A stretch of DNA of 64,000 nucleotides. Source: Eledone cirrhosa (Eukaryota). Location: positions 41,602,001-41,666,000 of the forward strand of contig OZ024755.1 of NCBI GenBank assembly GCA_964016885.1, given 5' to 3'. Below, piece by piece: positions 12,631 through 25,244 of this stretch. Made by a program: the position numbers and the translations under genes. Within the stretch, counting starts at the first letter, position 1. Each line of letters opens with the position of its first letter. The notes beneath the pieces are model-generated. The model was not told the origin of the DNA. It saw only the letters and a list, made by a program, of their open reading frames with translations, and did no database searches.

Positions 12631-15600
12631 ATTGGCTATTCAGATCACAAGTTAGTGACCTGCATGATCAACCTTGACAGAACTCATAGACAGGGACCCG
12701 GTTACTGGAAGCTCAACTTGTCCTTACCGGCAAGTAAGGCTTACAGGGTCCGGATTAGCACTTTAGTTAAGGAGCGATTGACGGGCGCCATCGTCAACAG
12801 CAGGTGGTGGGATCTCTCAAAAGAGAGATTAGAGTAGTCTCTATAGAATTTAGTAAGGAGTTAGCCTCCAATAGAAATAGGAAGGAAAGGGAGTTGGTAG
12901 ATAGTGTAGAAGAGGCAATTAGAAGCGGCGACGTGGCCAGAGTGCTAGCGTCGAGAACGGCCCTGGGCCAGTTCTTCGACGCGAAACACGAAGGCTGCAT
13001 CGTCCGAAGCAAAATACGTGCTCTGGGAAACGAGGGGTCCAAAGCTGTTAGCTGGGCCCGCGTGACAGAAGCCAAAAGAGGGAGCAGATCCACTATCCGG
13101 TCTTTGCGAGACCAGGATGGACGGGTGATCCTTGAACCTAAGCAGATGTGCGAGGCTTTTCAAAAGCACTTTGCCGGATTGTTCGGAAGGGGCGGGGGGC
13201 CGGTTGGGGACGTGGACCTCGGTCCATACCTCGACGGCCTGCCGCGTCTCTCGGACAGGGAGGCGAAGTCCTGCGAGGAGCCGATTTCAGCCGCTGAGAT
13301 AGAGGACGTGCTGAGCCAATGTGGCAAACGCAAATCCCCGGGTCTCGATGGTCTTCCATACGAACTATATCTAGCTATGCCGGACTTGTTCCTCGATCTC
13401 CTCGAGGCGGTCTACTGCAACTGGCAACAGAACGGGAGAATTCCCTGTGCTGTGACCAAGGGCGTAGTCACGCTAGTGAGGAAGGACGAGAACAAGGGGG
13501 ACGATATAAATAATTTCAGGCCCATAACTCTGCTAAATACAGAGTTACAGATTTTGGCCAAGGTGCTAGCAAAGAGGTTGGCGCTTGTCGTGGGCAACCT
13601 GGTGGGAGAGGCGCAGACATGTGCTATCCCGTCCAGGTCCATCCACGATAACCTCCACCTCATGCGATACATCATAGAGAGGGTTGGGAACGAACCCGGC
13701 TTTGGTGGGGCCCTGATCAACTTGGATCAATCTAAGGCATTCGATAGGGTCGACCATGGTTACCTGGATGCGGTGCTAGCGGCGGCAGGCTTCGGACCCG
13801 TTTTCAGGGGCTGGATCAATGCCATGCACAGCAGCCGCATCTGCTCTAGGGTCAAGGTGAACGGCTACCTCTCGGAGCCGTTCGAAATCGCGCGGTCCAT
13901 CCGACAGGGGTGCCCTCTCTTGTCCCTTCTGTATGTAATGACTCTAGAGCCACTGCTGCGGAAGTTGGAGTTGTTGCAGGGCATCCCGTTGGAACCGGGA
14001 TTGCGGAAAGCGGTGTCAGCCTACGCCGATGACGTGACAGTAATGGTGTCGACGGCCTCGGAAATCGGGACGAACGGCACCTTACTGGAGAAGTACGAAA
14101 GGTTTACAGGGGCTAAGCTGAACCGGGACAAGTCGATCGGTCTGCAACTCGGCACGTGGAGGGGCAGATCGATGCCCTCCGATGGCGTCGTCGGGCGCTG
14201 GACGGAGGGCCCGGTGAAGTTGCTCGGGGTCTGGTTCGGACCAGACCTCCAGGTGGAGAAGAACTGGGGTGAGGTGACGAACAGGGTGTTTGCACTGACC
14301 CAGAAGTGGGCCGAGTGCAAACTGTCCCTGAAAGGTCGGGCGGAGGTGGCGAACACTTATATAGCGTCCGTCATTTACTACCGCCTGACCGTTGTGCCTT
14401 GCCCAAGGGAAACGCTCGCCAAAATGGAGCGCGCACTCTTCCAATTCCTTTGGAAGAAGCGGGCTCCTAAGGTGAGGAGATCCATCTGCTGCCAACACCC
14501 TTCGAAAGGAGGGCTGGGGATGCCGTGGCTAATGATACGTAAACACGCATTAAGGCTACGGCACCTTCAGGTATTCCTCTCCGGTCAACCGGTGTGGGCC
14601 CCGTTTGTGAGGCGAGCCTTTCCCAGACTCGTTTCACTCACCGAGCTGCAATCCTGGGTCAAGCAAAGACCGAGAAAACTGGGCGCCTGGCACACCGAGT
14701 GTGCCCAGGCGCTCACGGCTCTCTGGCAGGCGGACCCGGCTGTCAGTGGAGAATCCACCTCGTCATTCTATAGAGGGCTGGTGGTTAGCAAGTGCGACGA
14801 CGCCCTCGGAGAAGCCCTAGGCATGGAGGAAGACGAACTGGCCAACCTGTTCGGTAGGACATTCAGCCCGGGACCCATGGATAACTTCCAGAGGTCCCTG
14901 GCCTGGAAATGCTACAGAAGGGCTCTGCCCGTTCGAGAAAGGCTCTACAGAAACGGGCGCCCGGGTAGGGACCCATAGAAAAAGATCTGTCCCAGATGCG
15001 TGTGCGACGAGGAAACCGTTGCACACGCATTGGTACACTGCTCGGGCATTGCCGATCTGTGGGGCTATGTCGAACAACTGCTGTCAAGGGTGGGACCGAT
15101 CCGGTTGACCACCGAGTCTATTGTAACGATCAAGCCGCCTCCCCTCTTCAAAAACGAAGGAGAGGCGGTGTTTCTGTGCGTAATAGCCATGGCGAAAGAG
15201 GTTGTATGGTGGACGCGTCTGAAAAGACTGAGGTCAGACACCTTTCTCTCTGGCCAACAACTGGTCCGTTTCTTCCGATATCATTTCGGAAGAAGGATCA
15301 GGATGGAGAGAGAGGTGTTGCACCCCAGCCGTTTCTATGAAAGATGGGTGAAAGTGGCGAGAATGGCCCGTGTGAATGGGCCTTCACTCTACATCAGACT
15401 ATAGGTGAGGAAGATGAAAGACCAAGGGAGCACCCCTTCTCTGTGCTCCTGAGGAGAAGGGTTGCACATTTTTTTCGGGGGTGTGTGCGACCCCCCAAGG
15501 CGCCTCCTCTCTATTGAGGACTTTGTTATAAATTTTATTTTTTGTTATATTTTATTTTATTTTTATATATTGTTATTGCTTCCTCCTTATTGAGGACGCC

Positions 15601-15670
15601 TTGTTTTGTAAACTCCCCCCATTGTACTTGTCCCACTTTTGATGCCCTGGTGGCAAATAAAAGAAACATA
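12631..15670 (+). mobile_element. Tx1/L1-clade non-LTR retrotransposon, 5'-truncated, copy 1 (frameshift ~12810, in-frame stop 14976-14978)
   Basis: End of APE domain (YSDHKLV..GPGYWKLN), RT (SPGLDGLP, FRPITLLN, LDQSKAFDRV, RQGCP, AYADD), CCHC (CPRC..ETVAHALVHC), 3'UTR ending AATAAAAGAAAC. Confidence 0.93.
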
Positions 15671-17293
15671 TCTACCTACCTACCTATCTACCTACCTACC
15701 TACCTACCTACCTACCTACCTACCTACCTACCTACCTACCTACCTACCTACCTACCTATCTACCTACCTACCTACCTACCTACCTATCTACCCACCTACC
15801 TACCTACCTATCTACCTACCTACCTACCTACCTACCTACCTATCTATCTACCTACCTACCTACCTACCTACCTATCTACCTACCTACCTACCTATCTACC
15901 TCCCTCCCTCCCTCCCTCCCTACCTACCTACCTACCTACCTACCAACCTACCTATCTACCTATCTACCTACCTACCTACCTACCTACCTACCTACCTACC
16001 TCCCTCCCTCCCTACTCACCTACCTACCAACTAATCTACCTACCTACCTACCTACATACCTACCTACCTACCTACCTACCTACCTACCTACCTACCTACC
16101 TATCTACCTACCTACCTACCTACCTATCTACCTACCTACCTATCTACCTACCTACCTACCTCCCTCCCTCCCTCCCTACTCACCTACCTACCAACTAATC
16201 TACCTACCTACCTACCTACATACCTACCTACCTACCTACCTACCTACCTACCTACCTACCTACCTATCTACCTACCTACCTACCTACCTATCTACCTACC
16301 TACCTACCTAACTCCCTCCCTCCCTACTCACCTACCTACCAACTAATCTACCTACCTACCTACCTCCCTACCTACCTACCTACCTACCTACCTACCTACC
16401 TACCTCTCTCCCTCCCTACTCACCTACCTACCAACTAATCTACCTACCTACCTACCTACCTACCTACCTACCTACCTACCTACCTACCTACCTACCAACC
16501 TACCTACCTACATACCTACCTACCTACCTACCTCTCCTACCTACCCACCTACCTACCTACCTACCAACTAACCTACCTACCTCCCTCCCTCCCTCCCTCC
16601 CTCCCTCCCTCCCTCCCTCCCTCCCTCCCTCCCTACATACCTACCAACCTACCTACCTACCTACCTACCTACCTACCTACCTACCTATCTACCTACCTAC
16701 CTACCTACCTACCTACCTACCTACCTCACTCCCTACCTATCTACCTATCTATCTACCTACCTACCTACCTACCTACCTACCTACCTACCTACCTACCTAC
16801 CTACCTACCTACCTACCTCACTCCCTACCTACCTACCTATCTACCTACCTACCTACCTACCTACCTACCTACCTACCTACCTACCTCACTCCCTACCTAC
16901 CTACCTACCTACCTACCTACCTACCTCACTCCCTACCTATCTACCTATCTACCTACCTACCTACCTACCTACCTACCTACCTACCTACCTACCTACCTAC
17001 CTCACTCCCTACCTACCTACCTATCTATCTACCTACCTACCTACCTACCTACCTACCTACCTACCTACCTCACTCCCTACCTACCTACCTACCTACCTAC
17101 CTACATACCTACCTACCTACCTACCCACCCACATACCTACCTACCAACCTACCTACCTACCTCCCTCCCTCCCTCCCTACCTACCTACCTACCAACTAAC
17201 CTACCTACCTCCCTCCCTCCCTCCCCCCCTCCCTCCCTCCCTCCCTCCCCCCTCCCTACCTACCTACCTACCTACCTACCTATCTATCTACCT
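15671..17293. repeat. Complex (CCTA)n satellite with variant units
   Basis: CCTA with TCTA, CCCT, CTCACTCC and CCAACTAA variants. Confidence 0.95.
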
Positions 17294-19975
17294 ATGCCGG
17301 CAAGTAGAGCCTACAGGAATCGGATTAGTACGTTAGTTAAGGAACGGTTGACTGGAGCGATCGTCAACAGCAGGTGGTGGGTATCTCTAAAGAGAGAGAT
17401 TAGAGTAGTCTCGATAGAATTTAGTAAGGTTCTAGCTGCGGATAGGAATAGGAAGGAAAGGGAGCTAATAGATAGAGTAGAAGAGGCAATTAGAAGCGGC
17501 GACGTGGCCAGAGTGCTAGCGTCGAGAACGGCTTTGAGCCAGTTTTTCGACGCGAAGCACGAAGGCTGCGTTGTCCGAAGTAAAATACGTGCTCTAGGGA
17601 ACGAGGGGACCAAAGCTGTTAGCTGGGCCCGCGTGACAGAGGCCAACAGTGGAACTAAATCCACCATCCGGTCTTTGCGAGACCTGGATGGACGGGCGAT
17701 TCTTGAGCCTAAGCAGATGTGTGAGGCCTTTCAAAGGCACTTTGCCCGACTGTTCGGGAGGGGCGGGGAGCCGGTTGGGAACGTGGACTTCGGTCCATAC
17801 CTCGACGGCCTGCCGCGCCTCTCGGACAGGGAGGCGAAGTCCTGCGAGGAGCCGATTTCGGCCGCTGAGATAGAGGACGTGCTGAGCCAATGCGGCAAAC
17901 GCAAATCCCCGGGTCTCGATGGTCTTCCTTACGAATTATATCTAGCTATGCCGGACTTGTTCCCCGATCTCCTCGAGGTGGTCTACTGCAACTGGCAACA
18001 GAACGGGAGAATTCCCTGTACTGTGACCAAGGGCGTAGTCACGCTAGTGAGGAAGGACGAGAACAAGGGGGACGAAATAAGTAACTTCAGGCCCATAACA
18101 CTGCTAAATACAGAGTTACAGATTTTGGCCAAGGTGCTAGCAAAGAGGTTGGCGCTTGTCGTGGGCAACCTGGTGGGAGAGGCGCAGACATGTGCTATCC
18201 CGTCCAGGTCCATCCATGACAACCTCCACCTCATGCGATACATCATAGAGAGGGTTGGGAACGAACCCGGCTTTGGTGGGGCTCTGATCAACTTGGATCA
18301 ATCTAAGGCGTTCGATAGGGTCGACCATGGTTACTTGGATGCGGTGCTAGCGGCGGCAGGCTTCGGACCCGTTTTCAGGGGCTGGATCACTGCTATGCAC
18401 AGCAGCCGCATCTGCTCTAGGGTCAAGGTGAACGGCTACCTCTCGGAGCCGTTCAAAATCGCGCGGTCCATCCGACAAGGGTGCCCTCTCTCCTCCCTTC
18501 TGTATGTGTTGACTCTCGAGCCACTACTGCGGAAGTTGGAGTTGTTGCAGGGCATCCCTTTGGAACCGGGATTGCGGAAAGCGGTGTCGGCCTACGCCGA
18601 TGACGTGACAGTAATGGTGTCGACGGCCTCCGAAATCGAGGCGGTCGGCACCTTACTGGAGGAGTACGAAAAGTTCACAGGGGCTAAGCTGAACCGGGAC
18701 AAGTCGATCGGTTTGCAACTCGGCACGTGGAGGGGCAGACCGATGCCCTCCGATAGCGTCGTCGGACGCTGGACGGAGGGCCCGGTGAAGTTGCTAGGGG
18801 TCTGGTTCGGACCGGACCTCCAGGTGGAGAAAAACTGGGCGGAGGTTACGAACAGAGTGTTTGCACTGACCCAGAAGTGGGCCAGTTGCAAACTATCCCT
18901 GAAAGGTCGGGCGGAGGTGGCGAACACCTACATAGCGTCCGTCATCTACTACCGCCTGACCGTAGTGCCCTGCCCAAGGGAAACCCTCACCAAGATGGAG
19001 CGCGCGCTCTTCCAATTCCTTTGGAAGAGGCGGGCTCCTATGGTGAGGAGATCCATCTGCTGTCAACACCCTTCGAAAGGAGGGCTGGGGATGCCGTGGC
19101 TAATGATGCGTAAACACGCATTAAGGCTACGGCACCTCTACGTATTCCTCACCGGACAACCGGTGTGGGCCTCGTTTGTGAAACGAACCTTTCCCAGACT
19201 CGTCTCACTCACCGAGCTGCAATCCTGGGTCAAGCAAAGACCGAGAAAACTGGGCGCCTGGCACACTGAGTGTGCCCAGGCGCTCACCGCCCTCTGGCAG
19301 GCGGATCCGGTTATCAGTGGAGACTCCACCGCAACATTCTATAGAGGGCTGGTACGCAGCAGGTGCGACAACGCCCTCGGAGAAGCCCTAGACATGGAGG
19401 AGGACGAACTGGCCAGCCTGTTCGGTAGGACATTCAGCCCGGGACCTATGGACAACTTCCAGAAGTCCCTGGCCTGGCAGTGCTACCGAGGGGCTTTACC
19501 CGTTCGAGAAAGGCTCTACAGACACGGGCACCCGGGTAGGGACCCCGCCAAAAAGATCTGTCCCAGATGCGTGTGCGACGAGGAAACCGTTGCACACGCA
19601 TTAGTACACTGCTCGGGCGTAGCCGATCTGTGGGGCTATGTCGAACAACTGCTGTCAAGGGTGGGACCGATCCGGTTGACCACCGAGTCTATTGTAATGA
19701 TCAAGCCGCCTCCCCCCTTCAAAGATGAAGCAGAGGCGGTGTTTCTGTGCGTAATAGCCATGGCGAAAGAGGTTGTATGGTGGACGCGTCTGAAAGGACT
19801 GAGGTCGGGCACCTTTCTCTCTGGCCAACAACTGGTCCGTTTCTTCCGATATCATTTCGGAAGAAGGATCAGGATGGAGAGAGAGGTGCTGCACCCCAGC
19901 CGTTTCTATGAAAGATGGGTGAAAGTGGCGAGAATGGCCCGTGTGAATGGGCCTTCACTCTACATCAGACTATAG
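17294..19975 (+). CDS. Tx1 ORF2 remnant, uninterrupted 893 aa (RT plus CCHC; APE lost by truncation)
   Basis: RT motifs intact (QGCPLS, YADD); the start Met sits exactly at the junction and is probably fortuitous. Confidence 0.85.
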   Translation: MPASRAYRNRISTLVKERLTGAIVNSRWWVSLKREIRVVSIEFSKVLAADRNRKERELIDRVEEAIRSGDVARVLASRTALSQFFDAKHEGCVVRSKIRALGNEGTKAVSWARVTEANSGTKSTIRSLRDLDGRAILEPKQMCEAFQRHFARLFGRGGEPVGNVDFGPYLDGLPRLSDREAKSCEEPISAAEIEDVLSQCGKRKSPGLDGLPYELYLAMPDLFPDLLEVVYCNWQQNGRIPCTVTKGVVTLVRKDENKGDEISNFRPITLLNTELQILAKVLAKRLALVVGNLVGEAQTCAIPSRSIHDNLHLMRYIIERVGNEPGFGGALINLDQSKAFDRVDHGYLDAVLAAAGFGPVFRGWITAMHSSRICSRVKVNGYLSEPFKIARSIRQGCPLSSLLYVLTLEPLLRKLELLQGIPLEPGLRKAVSAYADDVTVMVSTASEIEAVGTLLEEYEKFTGAKLNRDKSIGLQLGTWRGRPMPSDSVVGRWTEGPVKLLGVWFGPDLQVEKNWAEVTNRVFALTQKWASCKLSLKGRAEVANTYIASVIYYRLTVVPCPRETLTKMERALFQFLWKRRAPMVRRSICCQHPSKGGLGMPWLMMRKHALRLRHLYVFLTGQPVWASFVKRTFPRLVSLTELQSWVKQRPRKLGAWHTECAQALTALWQADPVISGDSTATFYRGLVRSRCDNALGEALDMEEDELASLFGRTFSPGPMDNFQKSLAWQCYRGALPVRERLYRHGHPGRDPAKKICPRCVCDEETVAHALVHCSGVADLWGYVEQLLSRVGPIRLTTESIVMIKPPPPFKDEAEAVFLCVIAMAKEVVWWTRLKGLRSGTFLSGQQLVRFFRYHFGRRIRMEREVLHPSRFYERWVKVARMARVNGPSLYIRL

Positions 19976-20240
19976 GTGAGGAAGATGAAAGACCAAGGGA
20001 GCACCCCTTCTCTGTGCTCCTGAGGAGAAGGGTTGCACACTTTTTTCGGGGGTGTGTGCGACCCCCCAAGGCGCCTCCTCTCTATTGAGGATTTTGTTAA
20101 AAATTTTATTTTTTGTTATATCTTATTTTATTTTTATATTTTGTTATTGCCTCCTCCTTATTGAGGACGCCTTTTTGTGTAAACTCCCCCCTTTGTACTT
20201 GTCCCACTTTTGATGCCCTAGTGGCAAATAAAAGAAATAT
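17294..20240 (+). mobile_element. Tx1/L1-clade non-LTR retrotransposon, 5'-truncated, copy 2
   Basis: Colinear with copy 1; same 3' junction into tctacctacc. Confidence 0.93.
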
Positions 20241-21200
20241 ATCTACCTACCTACCTACCTACCTACCTACCTACCTACCTACCTACCTACCTACCTACCT
20301 ACCTACCTACCTCACTCCCTACCTACCTACCTATCTACCTACCTACCTACCTACCTACCTACCTACCTACCTACCTACCTACCTCACTCCCTACCTACCT
20401 ACCTACCTACCTACCTACCTACCTACCTCACTCCCTACCTATCTACCTATCTACCTACCTACCTACCTACCTACCTACCTACCTACCTACCTCACTCCCT
20501 ACCTACCTACCTATCTATCTACCTACCTACCTACCTACCTACCTACCTACCTCACTCCCTACCTACCTACCTACCTACCTACCTACCTACATACCTACCT
20601 ACCTACCTACCCACCCACCTACCTACCTACCAACCTACCTACCTACCTCCCTCCCTCCCTCCCTACCTACCTACCTACCAACTAACCCACCTACCTACCT
20701 ACCTCCCTCCCTCCCTCCCTCCCTCCCTCCCTACCTACCTACCTACCTACCTACCTACCCACCTACCTATCTACCTACTACCCACCCACCTACCTACCTA
20801 CCTACCTACCTACCTACCTACCTACCTACCCACCCACCTACCTACCTACCTACCTCCCCCTCCCTACCCACCTACCTACCAACTAATCTACCTACCTACC
20901 AACTAACCTACCTACCTACCTACCTACCTACCTACCTACCTACCTACCTACCTACCTACCTACCTACCTACCTACCTACTACCTACCTACCTACCTACTA
21001 CCTACCTATCTACCTACCTACCTACCTACCTACCTACCTACCTACCTACCTACCTACCTACCTACCCACCTACCTACCAACTAACCTACCTACCTACCTA
21101 CCTACCTACCTACCTACCTACCTACCTACCTACCTACCTACTTACTCACCCACCCACCCACCTACCTACCTACCTACCTACCTACTCACCTATCTATCTA
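20241..21200. repeat. Complex (CCTA)n satellite
   Basis: Direct reading. Confidence 0.95.
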
Positions 21201-21430
21201 AAGTACCAGTAACGCACTGGGGTCGATTTAATCGACTTTCCCCTCTCACTAAAATTGCTGGCCTTATATCAGAAACCATTATTATTGGCAGAATCCGTGG
21301 AGCATGCTTTGCAGCATAGAGTTACGGCCCTTACGGAGGTCGATAAAATAAAGTACCAGTAACGCACTGAGGTCGATTTAATCAATTTTCCCCTCCCTCA
21401 AAATTCTTGGCCTAAATCAGAAACCATTAA
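21200..21430 (+). mobile_element. Two partial SINE copies
   Basis: aagtaccagtaacgcactggggtcgatttaatcgac core and agaaaccattatt tail, twice. Confidence 0.75.
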
Positions 21431-21789
21431 TACAAATACAATCCAGTTAAATACAGGGGTTTCACCAGCTCCTTGCTTCATTCTTTTTTCTTTTTCTTCT
21501 TTTCATTTCTTCTTATTGTTCTCTTTAATAGTGTTTTGTTTTTCTATAAACAGCTTTGTATAATAAAATACCAATTTATAGTTTATTTCAAAGTAGTCAA
21601 ATATATTCCTAGGATAAAGTTACATAAAAATGGTAAAGAATTTAGTATTTAGTCAAACATAGAAAAAGAAAGAAGTATTAGGAAGTCTCTATAAATGCCA
21701 CAAGTGAGAGGAAAAGGAGGGAAAAGGCAAGGATTATTAGACAACGAAAGAAAGGTGGAAGGGGAGAGGGTGAAAGACTCTACACCTAA

Positions 21790-22075
21790 GTCAGAAGTAA
21801 CTGTCTCCAATTGATCCGGGTGGATCCCCGAATGAGACCAGCCAAGCTCATGGATGTTATCTATCTATCTTGCTCGCAATCTACCCCTGGGTCTCCTGCC
21901 GGTTGGTTTTGCCCGTAAAATCAGTCCAGCGATTCTTTCCTGAGACATTCTAACCACATGTCTATAATATCGGAGCTGTGATCTCTCAATATATGAACTG
22001 TGCTTGTATTTCATGAGCAGGTTGGTCCGTTGATCAAACAACTGAAACATGCATCTTTGAAACCGACGCAAGTTT
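21790..22075 (-). mobile_element. RTE-clade LINE C-terminal fragment
   Basis: IERSQLRYYRHVVRMSQERIA..ILRAKPTGRRPRGR. Confidence 0.75.
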
Positions 22076-22598
22076 ATTATGGCATTAGTTTATCTGTAAT
22101 TGATATATTAAGGAGTAGTTAATAAAGAAAAGACTTGTTAAGGTGATTTTACGCCTGTAAAGGTGTGTAGCCAAGTCAATGATTAACCTAGTTACCCACA
22201 CCTTAAAAAACACCAGAGGTTCGTAGAAAAAGAAAACGAATTACAAGAAACGTTGAATGAAGGAATGTAAATGCAGTATTTCCCGCTCGCTAGATACAGC
22301 AGCAACGAGTTGACATTGTTGTTACCGAGTGAGAAATGTTCTAGTTCACTGCACTCATTGTATGTAACTGCTGATAGAGTCGTAAGAGCACTATATTGAC
22401 ATACGGCGTTTCTTGGGCATTTTAAAGAGCCCATTCCTCTCCAAGTCAGAGTATAGCAGATTTCTTCCAGAGAAAGATAGATAGAGAGAGAGAGAGAGAG
22501 GAGGACAGAGAGAGAGAGAGAGACGGAGAGAGAGAGAGGGAGAGAGAGAGAGAGGGAGAGAGAGAGGGAGAGAGAGAGAGAGGCAGACAGAGAGAGAG

Positions 22599-22641
<43 letters not shown>

Positions 22642-22664
22642 GAGAAAGAGATATAGAGGAAGAA

Positions 22665-22765
22665 ATGACCCCAGTACTGGACAAGTACTTTTTTTATCGA
22701 CCTTGAAAGGATGAATGGCAAAGTTGATCTCCGCGGGAGAAAGCTGGAATGAATACCATAAAGTA
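22665..22765 (-). mobile_element. SINE body adjoining the 29-bp array
   Basis: Reverse complement of core: gtactttttttatcgaccttgaaaggatgaatggcaaagttga. Confidence 0.7.
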
Positions 22766-25220
22766 TTCTATCTGACGTTCTAACCACTCTACCATTCTAT
22801 CTGACGTTCTAACCACTCTACCATTCTATCTGACGTTCTAACCACTCTACCATTCTATCTGACGTTCTAACCACTCTACCATTCTATCAGACGTTCTAAC
22901 CACTCTACTATTCTATCTGACGTTCTAACCACTCTACCATTCTATCTGACGTTCTAACGACTCTACCATTCTATCTGACGTTCTAACCACTCTACCATTC
23001 TATCTGACGTTCTAACCACTCTACCATTCTATCTGACGTTCTAACCACTCTACCATTCTATCTGACGTTCTAACCACTCTACCATTCTATCTGACGTTCT
23101 AACCACTCTACCATTCTATCAGACGTTCTAACCACTCTACTATTCTATCTGACGTTCTAACCACTCTACCATTCTATCTGACGTTCTAACCACTCTACCA
23201 TTCTATCTGAGGTTCTAACGACTCTACCATTCTATCTGACGTTCTAACCACTCTACCATTCTATCTGACGTTCTAACCACTCTACTATTCTATCTGACGT
23301 TCTAACCACTCTACCATTCTATCTGACGTTCTAACCACTCTACCATTCTCTCTGACGTTCTAACCACTCTACCATTCTATCTGACGTTCTAACCACTCTA
23401 CTATTCTATCTGACGTTCTAACCACTCTACCATTCTATCTGACGTTCTAACCACTCTACTATTCTATCTGACGTTCTAACCACTCTACCATTCTATCTGA
23501 CGTTCTAACCACTCTACCATTCTATCTGACGTTCTAACCACTCTACCATTCTATCTGACGTTCTAACCACTCTACCATTCTATGTGACGCTCTAACCACT
23601 CTACCATTCTATCTGACGTTCTAACCACTCTACCATTCTATCAGACGTTCTAACCACTCTACTATTCTATCTGACGTTCTAACCACTCTACCATTCTATC
23701 TGACGTTCTAACCACTCTACCATTCTATCTGACGTTCTAACCACTCTACCATTCTATGTGACGCTCTAACCACTCTACCATTCTATCTGACGTTCTAACC
23801 ACTCTACCATTCTATCAGACGTTCTAACCACTCTACTATTCTATCTGACGTTCTAACCACTCTACCATTCTATCTGACGTTCTAACCACTCTACTATTCT
23901 ATCTGACGTTCTAACCACTCTACCATTCTATCTGACGTTCTAACCACTCTACCATTCTCTCTGACGTTCTAACCACTCTACCATTCTATCTGATGTTCTA
24001 ACCACTCTACTATTCTATCTGACGTTCTAACCACTCTACCATTCTATCTGACGTTCTAACCACTATACCATTCTATCTGACGTTCTAACCACTCTACCAT
24101 TCTATCTGACGGTCTAACCACTCTACCATTCTATCTGACGGTCTAACCACTCTACCATTCTATCTGACGTTCTAACCACTCTACCATTCTATCTGACATT
24201 CTAACCACTCTACTATTCTATCTGACGTTCTAACCACTCTACTATTCTATCTGACGTTCCAACCACTCTACCATTCTATCTGACGCTCTAACCACTCTAC
24301 CATTATTTCTGACGTTCTAAACACTCTACCATTCTATCTGACGTTCTAACCACTCTACTATTCTCTCTGACGTTCTAACCACTCTACCATTCTATCTGAC
24401 GTTCTAACCACTACCATTCTATCTGACGTTCTAACCACTCTTCCATTTTATCTAACGTTCTAACCACTCTACCATTCTATCTGACGTTCTAACCACTCTA
24501 CCATTCTATCTGACGTTCTAACCAGTACCATTCTATCTGACGTTCTAACCACTCTACCATTCTATCTGACGTTCTAACCACTCTACTATTCTCTCTGACG
24601 CTCTAACCACTCTACCATTCTATCTGACGCTCTAACCACTCTACCATTCTATCTGACGCTCTAACCACTCTACCATTCTATCTGACGTTCTAACCACTCT
24701 ACCATTCTATCTGACGTTCTAACCACTCTACCATTCTCTCTGACGTTCTAACCACTCTACCATTCTATCTGACGTTCTAACCACTCTACCATTCTATCTG
24801 ACGTTCTAACCACTCTACTATTCTCTCTGACGCTCTAACCACTCTACCATTCTATCTGACGTTCTAACCACTTTACCATTCTATCTGACGTTCTAACGAC
24901 TCTACCATTCTATCTGACGTCCTAACCACTCTACCGTTCTCTCTGACGCTCTAACAACTCTACCATTCTATCAGACCTTCTAACCACTCTACTATTCTCT
25001 CTGACGCTCTAACCACTCTACCATTCTATCTGACGTTCTAACCACTACCATTCTATCAGACCTAACCACTCTGCCATTCTATCTGACATTCTAACCACTC
25101 TACCATTCTATCAGACCTAACCACTCTACCATTCTATCAGACATTCTTACCACTCTACGATTCTATCAGACCTTCTAACCACTTTACCATTCTATCAGAC
25201 CGTCTAACCACTGTACCATG
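22765..25220 (-). repeat. 29-bp tandem array (~85 copies) derived from SINE A-box
   Basis: Unit attctatctgacgttctaaccactctacc; reverse complement GGTAGAGTGGTTAGAACGTCAGATAGAAT matches the SINE head at ~36108-36140. Confidence 0.9.
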
Positions 25221-25244
25221 TAGATAGCTACGGGGATAGGATGT

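Noticed and set aside
15542-16198. 218-aa LPTY-repeat ORF (also 20113-20685)
   Set aside because: Translation of (CCTA)n satellite
15671-21200. Telomeric or interstitial telomere array
   Set aside because: Unit is CCTA (TAGG), not CCCTAA or CCTAA
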